A DNA stretch of 64,000 bases from Mytilus edulis (taxonomy: Eukaryota). The translations under genes and the position numbers were made by a program. Shown one piece after another: positions 52,037 through 64,000 of this stretch. Under the pieces are notes generated by a model. The model was not told the origin of the DNA and did no database searches. It saw only the letters and a program-made list of their open reading frames with translations. Every line of letters starts with the position of its first letter. The first letter of the stretch is position 1. Where the stretch lies: positions 54,746,001 through 54,810,000 of the forward strand of contig NC_092349.1 of the NCBI RefSeq assembly GCF_963676685.1, written 5' to 3'.

Positions 52037-52906
52037 TTATGACTGAGGTTTAATACTGTTGTTTCTTTTGGAAAGCTTCTCATGATTTATCTTAACACGA
52101 TTTTCAAAATTGCGGATATCTTGCATTCTTGTATAAAACGTATTGAAATTTGTCGCAATGATGGCAATAGGCATTGCAATTATTATAACTCCACAAACGG
52201 CACAGCATGCTCCAACACATTTTCCAAGAACTGACTTCGGGTAATGATCTCCATAACCAACTGTTGTCATAGTAATAACAGACCACCATATTCCCTCAAA
52301 AGATGACGGGAAGGTTGTGGACTCGGACATTTCGGCGAAAAATATTATGTTAGCGAAAAACATTGCTAACATTAAAATTGTTAAGAATAACATAACCAAT
52401 TCTTTGATGCTCTCTCTGATGGTCGTAAGTAGTATTTTCAGTCCATCAAATTGCTTCGAAAGACGCGTTATTCGAAACATACGAAATGATATTGACGCAA
52501 AACATAATTGGTTTATTGCAAGTAGTGTGTTGTTTTTTAACAAAATTGTAAAACCAAACTGTCGAACGACGAATCTAAACCACATTGAAACATCCTATAC
52601 GACATCCAGTATATTTAACCCGTCTTTTAGAAATGTTAGTTTTGACGGAGAAGCTGCAAATCTTGTACAAAATTCGAGTGTGAAAAAAACTAGCAAGCAG
52701 TCATCAATTATATACCACCAAAGTTCAAGTTCTGTCGTTAGAAAAAATACAGCCTTTGAGCTATTCATATCTCTCAAGAGTCCAATATTCTGCATCAAAG
52801 TAACATTGTTCGTGCTTTCCAAGGGAATTCTAAAATATGGACTGGTGAACAGTAGTTCCATAAATACAGACAGGATCACAACCAGACAGTACGCAAAATT
52901 GTAGCA
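52037..52906 (-). pseudogene. Duplicated terminal exon of the Kv channel gene with a premature stop
   Basis: Same 870-nt length and intact acceptor as 56794-57663, but TTG>TAG at 52595-52597. Exon 1 is not part of the duplicated unit. Confidence 0.85.
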
Positions 52907-55702
52907 CTGAAAAAAAACCAAGGAATATTGCTTGAAATATCATGTCTGAAATTAAAAAAAACATACTTAAGGACCAATCAATCGATCAATCTTAACAATC
53001 AATCTACACTAAATGTTAAACTCCATCCTAATTGGGATGCTTGTTCAAATTCAGAAAGACCACCAGTGGTTGTTGTGGATTTTCATATGTGCTGTAATTA
53101 AAATAGGATTGAATCATATAACAAGGTGTTTTATACCGCATTCAAAATGATCTTTTGAAATATTTAACTTTAAAACATACACTATATCAGTCTATATGTA
53201 TTACACATTAATAAATTACTAAAATATATATTTAAAGTACACCAATTACTTGCATTCCTCACCATTTGCACGGGACTCTGACGTGGGTATCATTGACGAA
53301 TTTCGAATCAATAACGAGACTGTTCGGAACGGTTTTGCAAAAACGGTTCGCAATCGACAAGATCTGGATGCAATCTGGACTCAATCGACAGAAAAACAGC
53401 CATGAAAAATTCCTCCAGATCTTTCCCGTTCCACAGAACACCGTCCAGAATACACAGAACATTGTTCAGAATTCGATCCGATACAGCAGAATTTGTCACG
53501 ACATAGCCACGATTGTAATCCGACTAGACAGAATCGGCTGAGTTTCCCCGAATGTTACGGGACGCACCTAACTGTCGGTGTGCTTTGTCGAACTATTCAG
53601 ACCCTTCCCGACCCGTAGGAATCTGCTACGAACTAAAACGACTGCGTTAAGACAATGATAGGACGTTCCAGATACATTTAATTGAGGATACTAATCCGAC
53701 TTGTTCACTTTTCGTGTCGTATCGCTATCTGATCTCAAACGGGAGCAATAATCGGCAATGTGTGAACCCCGCATAATACCGCAGTTCCACTAGGCCACGA
53801 TCGCACTACGATCTGTGAAAAAATGCAAATGTTGTTGATCGTAGTACGATCTTGTAGATCGCAGTAATGTCGTACCAGGGTTATGGTGAGGTCTTCAAGA
53901 TCGTGATGAGCGTGGCCAACTTTGAATATGTTCAAAACAATCGTGGTGCGATCGTGGCGAAAGCAGGTCGTAGTAGAAGCGTAGTGAGAGCTCACGAAGA
54001 TCGTAGTCAGATCGCAAAGGTCGCTATACCATCTTAGCGACAGCGTGGTTCTGTGCGGAGAGACTGCGCTACGATCTCACAGCGAGATTATAACGACCTG
54101 ACTACGATCATTACGTTCTTACCGCGACCCAACTACGACTATATCACTCTGTTCACGACCATAGTACGATTCTAGAACGCACTTGCCGTCCTCATCACGC
54201 TCTTCTCACGACCTGAATACGTTCATACTACGACCCTTATTGTTATTGTCATTTTCACATAAAATATACAAAAAGCTCTCAAGAATTTGTTTGTCTGTAT
54301 GTAATTATTCATTTGCTCTAACGGCTTTTCATTTTCATATAGAATGGAGCGTTGGTTTTCTCGTTTGAATGGTTTTTACACTTGTATTAATTTCATAAAG
54401 TAAGGGACATAGTGAATGATAGTCATTACTTAATTCACATAGTATTTTTTTTTGATTGACCCCTTTCTTAACTTATTGAGGAAAAAAAAATATTGACCAA
54501 TCAAGATAAATGTAAAAATCAATGTCGAGTAAACGAAACTTGCAGTTTAACCCCCCCCCCCCCCCCCCCCTTTCCCAACTATTTGATTTAAGTTTATTTT
54601 ATCCTACATTGATCTTTTGATGTCAACCCTAAGATCACGATATGAACGTAGTATAATCGTGGTAAGAACGTGCTATAATCGAAGAAGAAGCGTGGTAAGA
54701 TCGTGTTGCAATCGGATAACTCGTGGCATGCTCTTAGTGAGAACGTGAAGAGCGTAAAAAGATCTTGAGAAGCGTAGTGAGGTCGCAAAATAAGCGCGAT
54801 GAGAACGTGGTATGGTCGTAACGGGATCGTTGTAGACTTAAGGATGTATTTGTATCGTGAAAGCAACCAATCTAATTAAAAACCGATCTCTCATCGCTCC
54901 CGTTTTCTGGGAGATCTAACGCAACCGGCTTTGAGGTCACATGTGAGTGAACTAACAGTAATGAATTTATAAAGATATGCAAATGAGTTGACGACCTATT
55001 ATTAAACCAATCAAAAAAGTTTATGAATTATTTTGAATGACGATTTCGTCGTAAATAAAATGAGTTACACCCCTTTGCCTTACCATGCTTACGTTAAACT
55101 TTCAAGATCGTGGAAGACTCAATTTTGTTGGTCAAAAAAGACACACCTACGAGGTCACTCACATGTGACCTCAAAGCGGGTTTTGTTAGATCTCCCACGC
55201 GACATATCAGAAACAGGAGCGATGAGAGATTGGTTTTTAATTAGATTGGAAAGCTACGAACATTTACATTTTCATGCCGATCATACTGCGACCTTACCAC
55301 GATGTGAATTTATTCTACATCGCGGTGAGCGTGGTGCAATCGTGGTCTTGTGGGACTTGGGCTTAAAATGTAAAGGGTTAATAAATGTTTGTACATAAAC
55401 GATTTATTTCATTATTTTCATATTGACTTTATTACAAATGAAACAGCTTTGGACCACATTTTATACTGAAAACACTGGTAGACAAATTATACAACAGTAA
55501 GGAGGTATATACCATATACTAGTACTTGTTTTGTAGACTTCCACTAATCGTTTGATAGTTTTTAATAAGTTTTACTGGTACTCTATTTAATTATATCAGT
55601 CATGTCAGATGTGTAAATGTATGTCAATAGTAAAAAGCATGCGAGTTTCTCTCTCTTATTTTTAGAACATTCAATAATAAAATTAACGGTACATATTTTC
55701 TT

Positions 55703-55746
55703 GCACCAGATACGCATTTCGACAATACATGTCTCTTCAGTGATGC
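55703..55746 (-). ncRNA. Minimal type I hammerhead ribozyme, second family (duplicate copy)
   Basis: Minus strand reads GCATCA CTGAAGA GACA-tgtat-TGTC GAAA TGCGTA TC TGGTGC. Confidence 0.78.
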
Positions 55747-56793
55747 TCGTGGCCAATAAGGTGTAAGCTAAGGAGACCTGCCGAGCCCTGCCGTGTTTAA
55801 ATTACTAGTAGTTTCGTGATTGCTAATCATCTTTATTTACCACACCTTAAAATACAGATACATGTAGAATACATAGAATAGCACTAGTAAGTGTGGACCA
55901 AAAGGCATTTTACAACTCGCCAAATATTGTGCAAGAAATATGAATTTACACAAAATCTTTTTTTTAACTCTTTAATTTTTTTTATATATGTATACATACA
56001 ATGTAGAAGGATACTAAAATTTGATCACACAAACTGAAATGTAATTCATCCTCAATTTCATCAGAACATAAACTACAGATTTTAATCTTAATTTTTGTCT
56101 TGAAATTAGAGAGTAACTTCCAACTTCTTTAGCTAATTAAAATTGGAACTACTTTGTCTTATTTAAATGAACTGCATTTTACCCCTATAAATGCTTGATA
56201 AATCTAGTTTTTAGCAAAGTTAACTGTTCTACCAGCTGAGAACATAACTGATTTTGTTATGTCTTTCCCCTTTTTTGTCTTCAATTTTGACATATATTGT
56301 TAATGTTTAATCTCTATAACTTTTCCACTCTAAATGGTGCCTACAGTGTTGTTTAGAGAACCCCGGAACCCTTTTTTGAAAATCTTGGATCTGCAATTGA
56401 AATGCATGACGCATATGCGCGCAACTATCGAGGTTGTAAATATTTGATATAAATTGCATCACATGTACAAGAGAACGACACATGAGAAAATGTGGTATTA
56501 AAAATACTGGCTGTAAATTCAGAAACTATTGCGTGCATTTATATATTAAATACTAAAATGCGATTTTAATTTTTGCGATATTGAGAAAAAAAAGTTCAAT
56601 TCACTTAAAAAACAAATGTGAGTTTAACATATTGCGTTTATAACCCTGTCGCATTTTTCGCAATAATTAAAACATCGCAATAATTTCTGAATTTACAGCA
56701 CCTTGAAATATTTTGATAAAGTTGCACATATATTTAGCGATTTAAAAACGAATACTCTGCTGTAGACTTAATTGAATAGCATGTCACTATTTG

Positions 56794-58886
56794 TTATGAC
56801 TGAGGTTTAATACTGTTGTTTCTTTTGGAAAGCTTCTCATGATTTATCTTAACACGATTTTCAAAATTGCGGATATCTTGCATTCTTGTATAAAACGTAT
56901 TGAAATTTGTCGCAATGATGGCAATAGGCATTGCAATTATTATAACTCCACAAACGGCACAGCATGCTCCAACACATTTTCCAAGAACTGACTTCGGGTA
57001 ATGATCTCCATAACCAACTGTTGTCATAGTAATAACAGACCACCATATTCCCTCAAAAGATGACGGGAAGGTTGTGGACTCGGACATTTCGGCCAAAAAT
57101 ATTATGTTAGCGAAAAACATTGCTAACATTAAAATTGTTAAGAATAACAGAACCAATTCTTTGATGCTCTCTCTGATGGTCGTAAGTAGTATTTTCAGTC
57201 CATCAAATTGCTTCGAAAGACGCGTTATTCGAAACATACGAAATGATATTGACGCAAAACATAATTGGTTTATTGTAAGTAGTGTGTTGTTTTTTAACAA
57301 AATTGTAAAACCAAACTGTCGGACGACGAATCTAAACCACATTGAAACATCCAATACGACATCCAGTATATTTAACCCGTCTTTTAGAAATGTTAGTTTT
57401 GACGGAGAAGCTGCAAATCTTGTACAAAATTCGAGTGTGAAAAAAACGAGCAGGCAGTCATCAATTATATACCACCAAAGTTCAACTTCTGTCGTTAGAA
57501 AAAATACAGCCTTTGAGTTATTCATATCTCTCAAGAGTCCAATATTCTGCATAAAAGTAACATTGTTCGTGCTTTCCAAGGGAATTCTAAAATATGGACT
57601 GGTGAACAGTAGTTCCATAAACACAGACAGGATCACAACCAGACAGTACGCAAAATTGTAGCACTGAAAAAAACCAAGGAATATTGCTTGAAATATCATG
57701 TATGAAATTAAAAGAAATAAACTTAAGGACCAATCAATCAATCAATCTTAACAATCAATCTACACTAAATGTTGAACTCCATTCTTATTGGTATGCTTGT
57801 TCAAATTCAGAAAGACCACCAGTGGTTCATTGGTTGTTGTGGATTTTCATATGTGCTGTAATTAAAATAGGATTCAATCATATAACAAGGTGTTTTATAC
57901 CGCATTCAAAATGATCTTTTGAAATATTTGACTTTAAAACATACACTATATCCGTCTATATGTATTACACATTAATAAATTACCAAAATATATATATATG
58001 TTTAAAGTACACCAATTACTTGCATTCCACACCATTTGCACAATCTAATCGGAGTTTTTTAGAGAGTATACATGAATGAGACAGACACCCACCGACACAT
58101 TAGAAAAAATGACTCACAGTAGTGTACCCTCCCGGAATACTTGAGTTCAACTTCGATTGTACAGGGAACCATGTTGATAAATCTTTAGTGTGCTGTGTTT
58201 TGAGGTCTGTTGTTTTTCTCTATCTTGTTTTTAGTTGGGTTTTTTTTCGTTGACCGTTTTTCCTGAACATTAGGCTCATTATTATACCTTTGGTATAATT
58301 TCTCCTAGTTAAATCAAAATGACAGGACTCTAAATAATCTGAATACTCAAACAGCTTATAGCATGACTGTGTATTGTGATCTAACCGGAGCTGTAATGAA
58401 TTCGAATAGTATACTTTTAAGATGTGTCTTTACCTTGGCTGGTGTTGATGACAATGGTTCATTAACAAATAACCATATCTTCCGCTGTAATCCATTTCCA
58501 CATTTAGTAACTCCATCGAAAGCTAAAGGAATTTCTGTTGATATTTTCAGTTTTTGAAATGTCTTTAAATCGGTTTCTTTCTTTAGTATTGTTGATCGAC
58601 AGCATTGTGGAATATCGCTGTATTGAATCTCCCAGTAATCTAACTCTTTCTGTATTAACTGACTGCAGCAGTTGGCTTGCAAATGCATCTCATCGTTTCT
58701 ATAAAAATCTAAAATACGAGAAAACAAATCCGGACTACGGTCGAAAAAATAAAAATGTTTTTCAAGAACATATTCCGGAGATGAAGTAGTTAATCTTCCA
58801 AGACGTGTTTCGGGGTACTTTTTCAGAGTTGACATGCAGGTCAAAAACGTAGTTCCACCAATATTTAGTGTTATTATGTTATCCAT
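56794..58886 (-). CDS. Voltage-gated potassium channel subunit, Shaw/Kv3-like, 2 exons, 440 aa
   Basis: Exon 1 (58886-58434) encodes the T1/BTB domain (LNIGG, PETRLG, YFFDRSP, ELDYW). Phase-0 GT-AG intron. Exon 2 (57663-56794) encodes S1-S6 with FFTLEF, NILDVV, S4 RMFRITRLSK and pore TMTTVGYGD. Confidence 0.92.
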
Positions 58887-59318
58887 TACTGTTCAATACA
58901 TTTTCTAGACGTGTAACAATCTAATGAGAAACAAGACGAATCTGTCGTATCCTGATAATAATTACTAAATTCTTCAGTGCATGGTATTTAAATAAAAATC
59001 CAAATATTCCCATGGGCTAACCATTAAATTGCATCTTGTGTCAAGTTTCAGGCTTTTAAATTAAAAATTCCTTGCTGTAACAAAAATAAATGATTGATAA
59101 ACACGTACCAGACTTTTCAATAAATAAATAATAAGCCAGGATTGTTCATTGTATTACAATGTGATTATTTCATTTGATAAAAATGATAAAAACGGGAATA
59201 ATAAATCTTGAATTGACAATGTAATATAACATTGCATTATTGCTTATTATGTTAACGTTTGGATAAAATCAATTTTATGATTTATAATTAAACAAAATAT
59301 TAATAAAAATGTTCCATC

Positions 59319-59912
59319 TGTTACGGCCAGAAATTGCCTTTAAATTATAGCCAACAAAAGACACAAATCAATGATAAAATTTAACAATATTTATTATACA
59401 AAAGTTTACAAGAAGTATTACACAAATATTACTGTCAACTTAACTGTCAAAATATGAGTCCAATCGTTTATCTTTATCTATATCCGGATATCTTTCGGAA
59501 TCCAATCTGAATATTACGTTCACTACTAAGGTCACAATCCAGTATGATGTTGTTTGTAGAATAAAAGTGTCAATCCGAATGCTGTAAATGCTAATGTCTA
59601 TCGATGTCTAAGTCTAAGTCCAAGAGTGAGTCTTTAACTTTAGTGTCTGTATATATATAGTTGTCATGGAAGATTCTAGAACAGTCTATAATGGAACATC
59701 CTAGAAAGTTACAACAGAAGTTTCTAGTAAAATGTAGAAGTTTATATAACGCATCTTTTATTAGGATCATTCTGGAAAGTTCCAATCATTCTGTAATTGA
59801 TCCAGTGATTTCTAAACTGCACAGTTCTAAGATTATTCTGTAAACAACTATCAGGCCACACAACACAAATCAGGCCAACATAAATAAATACAATAATTAC
59901 AATATCATAACA
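59319..59912 (-). mobile_element. Solo LTR (594 bp, Gypsy-like)
   Basis: Termini TGTTA..TAACA and 4-bp TSD CATC (59315-59318, 59913-59916). A TATATATA tract at about 59650-59659 followed by AATAAA at about 59390 on the minus strand suggests the orientation. Confidence 0.75.
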
Positions 59913-60351
59913 CATCCCCTAAAGGATAGAACAAAACAGATAATTGTCATGGGTATATTCTGTAATTGAATTTTTTGTTTTATTTCAAATTTCAAGCAAA
60001 TTCATCATTTTAATTAATTGATTCGTATTTTCTCGACTTTTATAAATATTGCATGCTTATTCAGAGAGAAAAATATGGAATTCCAAGGTATTTCCAAAAA
60101 ATGGCCATTTATAGCAATTGACAGAGTCAGACGTTATACTTTATCCATCAACAAAACGAGTGGAAAACAACTATGATATTCTTGACTTTGTACAGGCATT
60201 TCCCGACGAAAATATTTGGCTATACTTTATTACAGCTACATCATAGCTAAACCTACCACTTGTGTGACAGTTGTTTATAATGTCGTATTTTGGTCCTCAA
60301 TGCTCATCAACTTCGTAATTTATTTGGCCATTTTAATTTTTTGGAATTCGA

Positions 60352-60395
60352 GCATCACTGATGAGTCTTTTGTAGACGAAACACGCGTCTGGCGT
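60352..60395 (+). ncRNA. Minimal type I hammerhead ribozyme (same family as 312-355)
   Basis: GCATCA CTGATGA GTCT-tttgt-AGAC GAAA CACGCG TC TGGCGT; one mismatch in stem I and a broken stem III palindrome. Confidence 0.75.
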
Positions 60396-60970
60396 AATTA
60401 CAAAATTTAATCCTGGTGTCTATTATGAGTTTATGTATTGACAAAGCTAGTTGCCTTCAAGCAGATCGGTTTTAAACATCAAAATTCTTAGAAGTACAGA
60501 GACGGCAGTAGATGGTGTAAATGTCTCCTTTAATCCACCATTTTCTACATAATGTCTGTACAAAGTCAGGAATATGACAGTTGTTATCCTTTAGTTTTAT
60601 GTGTTTTAACTTTTAAATTAATTATACCATTTGCTTAGGGACTCTCCTTTCAGAATTATTTACTCGGAGTTCCGTAATTTTTATTCCACTGAAGGACATT
60701 CTTTTTTATTTAATTCTTTACTTTTTTAAAAAGGATTGCCAACAGCCAGAGGCTACGTGTGTGTCTCCTCTTTGTATTGGGAAGTGATTTTGGAATCCAG
60801 TCAACTAATTAGTAATAATTGTGTGGCTCACAAATTGGCTTTGGCTGTAAAAAAAGCTGCAGACAACAAACAGGACATACAAGAAATGTAATCTAGACAT
60901 TGATTTTTAATAAAATGGCAACTTAAAAATATATTAAAAAATATGAGCATGAAAAACAGCACTGTACAAG

Positions 60971-61042
60971 GACAACAATGTTACAGAGAAAATAAGACAA
61001 CAATGTTACAGAGAAAATAAGACAACAATGTTTCAGAGAAAA
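60971..61042. repeat. 25-bp tandem repeat x3
   Basis: Unit GACAACAATGTTACAGAGAAAATAA. Confidence 0.85.
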
Positions 61043-62543
61043 AGGGACATACCAAAGAAAGTTTGAGGAATTTAGCTGATAATACTAACTAGTATAATAC
61101 GAAAAAGATTCTGAAAATATATCAAAAAATAGAAGAGATAAGCCGACAGAAAAGTTCTTTTTGTGGTTCACGTTTCAGTAAAGCGACCTTAGCTTATGAA
61201 TTTAAACCAACAGCAACTCGTGAGTATTTTATCTTGAAAAACAATTAAGTCTAGATAAATAAAGTCTTCATGCATAGCAAGAACTACGAAAGACGGAAAG
61301 TCCTCTTTTGATCGAAGATCTAGGGAACATATAATATCGGATGGAATAAGAAATTCATACTGTTTATATTTTCCGACAGCAAAAGGTAGCCATAACCAAA
61401 AATAGATATTAAAATGCAGTTCTATTGACGGATCAAACAGGCTTTTAGTCTTCGTAAAAGACAAGTTAAATGAATGCCATGCACATCAAATAAGAGGACA
61501 GTTAAGGCAGAAAACCAGGTAGGCATTTATCTATACGTGTATCTGAAAAACAAACAAACATTTCAAACTAGTAGTATCTTTCATTGTACCAGACTCAAGG
61601 TAGAATCCACTTTTAGCAGCTAACTTTTATGATATGTCTTAAAAAAATTCTATACGACCAAATGTTCAAAAAATCTCAAAATCTTAAAAGTTAACTATAA
61701 TATCACCTCTTTTGACAGCAGAATCAGATATATCACGTCTTGTAGCGATTCTCATATGATGGAAATATTTCATTTCAAAATCAAGCATTATACTGGAATG
61801 AAACAGTGTTCCAACGTATCAAACAATGCGCTCAAATGATATTACTACGAGTTATTAGCAGGTGTTTGTTGTAGGATTTTGGCTTAACGAATTTTGAAAG
61901 TCAGATTAGAAAATATATATGGCCCTGCAAATGTATCTGTAACACATCAAGTAAACAGCGACAACAGTATGGCATTTATCCTAACTGCTCTATCTGAGTT
62001 AAACTACGAAACCTCACACATTTCGAAACAGGGTATATAGATGTGGATTAGTAACCGTTGCTGCAAAAGAAGATTGAAATTTTCCTCATACAATTCTGTC
62101 ACATAATATTGGTTAATTTCGCAAAATTGTTTATGATCACTTAAAACAAATTACGATTTTGGAATGTACTGTTTCAGTAGTTAAGTAAGCATGGTTATAC
62201 TCACAAAGGTAAAGAAATTATAACGAATAATGTATCATGCGTATTACTTTCTCTTATCCGCCGTTATAGACAAAAACGTCTAGTGGGGTGCATTCGTTAT
62301 ATTCAACCAAAATATTTTACCTTAGAAATGTTGAGAGAAGCCATGTCAACAATGTGTGTGTAGACAGTTTCTATATTCAGTTGATCAGAAAGTAGGATTG
62401 TTGTGTAATGAAGAAGTCAATCCATATTTCTTCACGAAAGTGGATTCTGGTATCAGATCTTTAAAAAAAATACATTATGTAGCAAATAGTATCTTACAGA
62501 CAGTTAGGAGTGAGATGGAAGAATTGCTGTACGCATGTTATTA

Positions 62544-62640
62544 GAAAATTACCGAGACACAAATTAATTGAAAATTACCTAGACACAAGGTATTTGAAAA
62601 TTACCGAGACACAAATTATTGAAAATTACCTAGACACAAG
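62544..62640. repeat. About 26-bp tandem repeat x4 in alternating A/B variants
   Basis: GAAAATTACCGAGACACAA alternates with GAAAATTACCTAGACACAA. Confidence 0.8.
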
Positions 62641-64000
62641 AGATATTCCCCTGTTCTTGTGGATAAGATACACAAATTATACACATCTTAAATAAGTGAC
62701 GTACAAACTCATTACTTGGAGACCTGACAAGACATGACAAGAATAAATCCAGGGAACATACAATATGGGATGGAATAAGAAAAGCAAATTCATTGCTTTG
62801 TATATATTTTTTGATGGAACAAGGTCATGAAGTACCAACAAAAGAGGGCGTTTTCCGAGATGAAGGAGAATGCAAGTTTCCAGATTGCATTACAAATTAC
62901 AACATGTGCAAGTATTACAATCTTTTAATCTTTGTGAAACACAAAATAATGGAAAAAAGCACATCCAATATATACGTGGACAGTTAAGGCAGAGAACCAG
63001 ATAGGAATTGATCTATATAATAAAACACAAACAAACTTTATCCACATAAGTTAAAAGCATCATCACTTGATATTGAAATGACTACACGTTGTTTTTTTTA
63101 ATTATGGAAACACAACATGAACATTTCAACAAATGTTAAGATAATAAAGAAAAATCTAATTAAAGCAGAATTGGAAAGTTTATGTATGCTCGCTAAGGAT
63201 AATAAAAGATGAACTATTGGGGGAAATGATTTCAGAATTTCAGTACACATTGCAAGTCTTCGATATTTCAAAATCAAACAATATATTGGCATGAAATATA
63301 CCGTATTCTAAGTTATCAAAAATGCAGTGTTCTAAGATTTCAAATGTTTTTTTATGAGAAATAAGAAAGTTTTTGTGGTAAGATTTGGGCTTTTCGAAAT
63401 TCGTAAGTCAAAAAAGAAGATATATGGCCATGCAAATGCATCTGTACCACATCAAGTAAACCATGTAAACAGCGACAGAAGCATGGCGTTCATCCAATCT
63501 GCTTTATCAGAGTTTTACAACAAAAATATTACACATATCCAGCATATAGATCTGGACAAATAACAGGTGCTGCTGAAGATGGTGGAAGTTTTCCTCATGC
63601 CATTCCTTCACATGATATGGGTTAATTTCGCAAGATTGTTTATGATCACTACAAACAAATTATGATTTTGGAATGTACTGTTTCAGTATTTTGGTAAACT
63701 TTGCTACACTCACTGGAAAAAAGTTTGTTTCTGGTTTTTGGAGAAAAAAATCATTTGTTTCACCCTCGGCTGCCACTATTTGTAATGCTAAAATTAAAAG
63801 AAAAAAAATGTTTTCGACTTGTCGCCAAACAAATAGATTGTAATTGTTAAGTTTGCTTTTTGTCTTAATGTGAATGACGTATTTAAAATGTGTCTCAAGT
63901 ATTGTAATTCTGTATTTAGGTCAACATTTGGTCGACCTCACTGATTTTTCTATGTGGAAATCACCACAATATTTGATTTGTATATACCATTGCATTAATT

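Larger units (their letters stand above)
48515..58040. repeat. Tandem segmental duplication, 2 x about 4.76 kb
   Basis: 48515-53270 and 53271-58040 are near-identical with scattered SNPs and indels; sharp junction CATTTGCA|CGGGACTC. Confidence 0.95.

Noticed and set aside
52317-57661. Two 195-aa plus-strand ORFs
   Set aside because: Antisense shadows of the Kv channel exon.
57664-57741. N-terminal extension of the 315-aa Kv ORF (likewise the first residues of the C1q ORF at 43228-43282)
   Set aside because: Intronic read-through upstream of clear polypyrimidine-AG acceptors; the true N-termini come from upstream exons.

Overview
AT-rich eukaryotic DNA. The repeat families and the C1q-domain gene suggest a bivalve mollusc, probably a Mytilus-like mussel (inference). 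Three spliced host genes can be reconstructed: a 6-exon SLC16/MCT transporter (+, 16060-23309), a 2-exon secreted C1q-domain protein (-, 42803-43867) and a 2-exon Shaw/Kv3-like K+ channel (-, 56794-58886). The channel's last exon is repeated, with a nonsense codon, in a 4.76-kb tandem duplication. The rest is mostly mobile DNA: a near full-length APE-type LINE (esterase ORF1, 2A-like peptide, PHD), a 1.9-kb non-autonomous LTR element with TA..TA ends, a 9-kb BEL/Pao element with a hAT derivative in its 5' LTR, a 5'-truncated second LINE, a solo LTR, many MITEs/SINEs, a 42-bp minisatellite and four minimal hammerhead ribozymes. Top finding: the BEL/Pao element has no tRNA primer-binding site. 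Its LTR carries a GT-AG intron about 34 nt downstream of a TATA-like box, and the predicted splice junction (CAAT|CTTTTTAC) is the perfect 12-nt reverse complement of the sequence abutting the 5' LTR (GTAAAAAGATTG). This suggests splicing-dependent self-primed reverse transcription. All calls were made by eye; no database searches were run.
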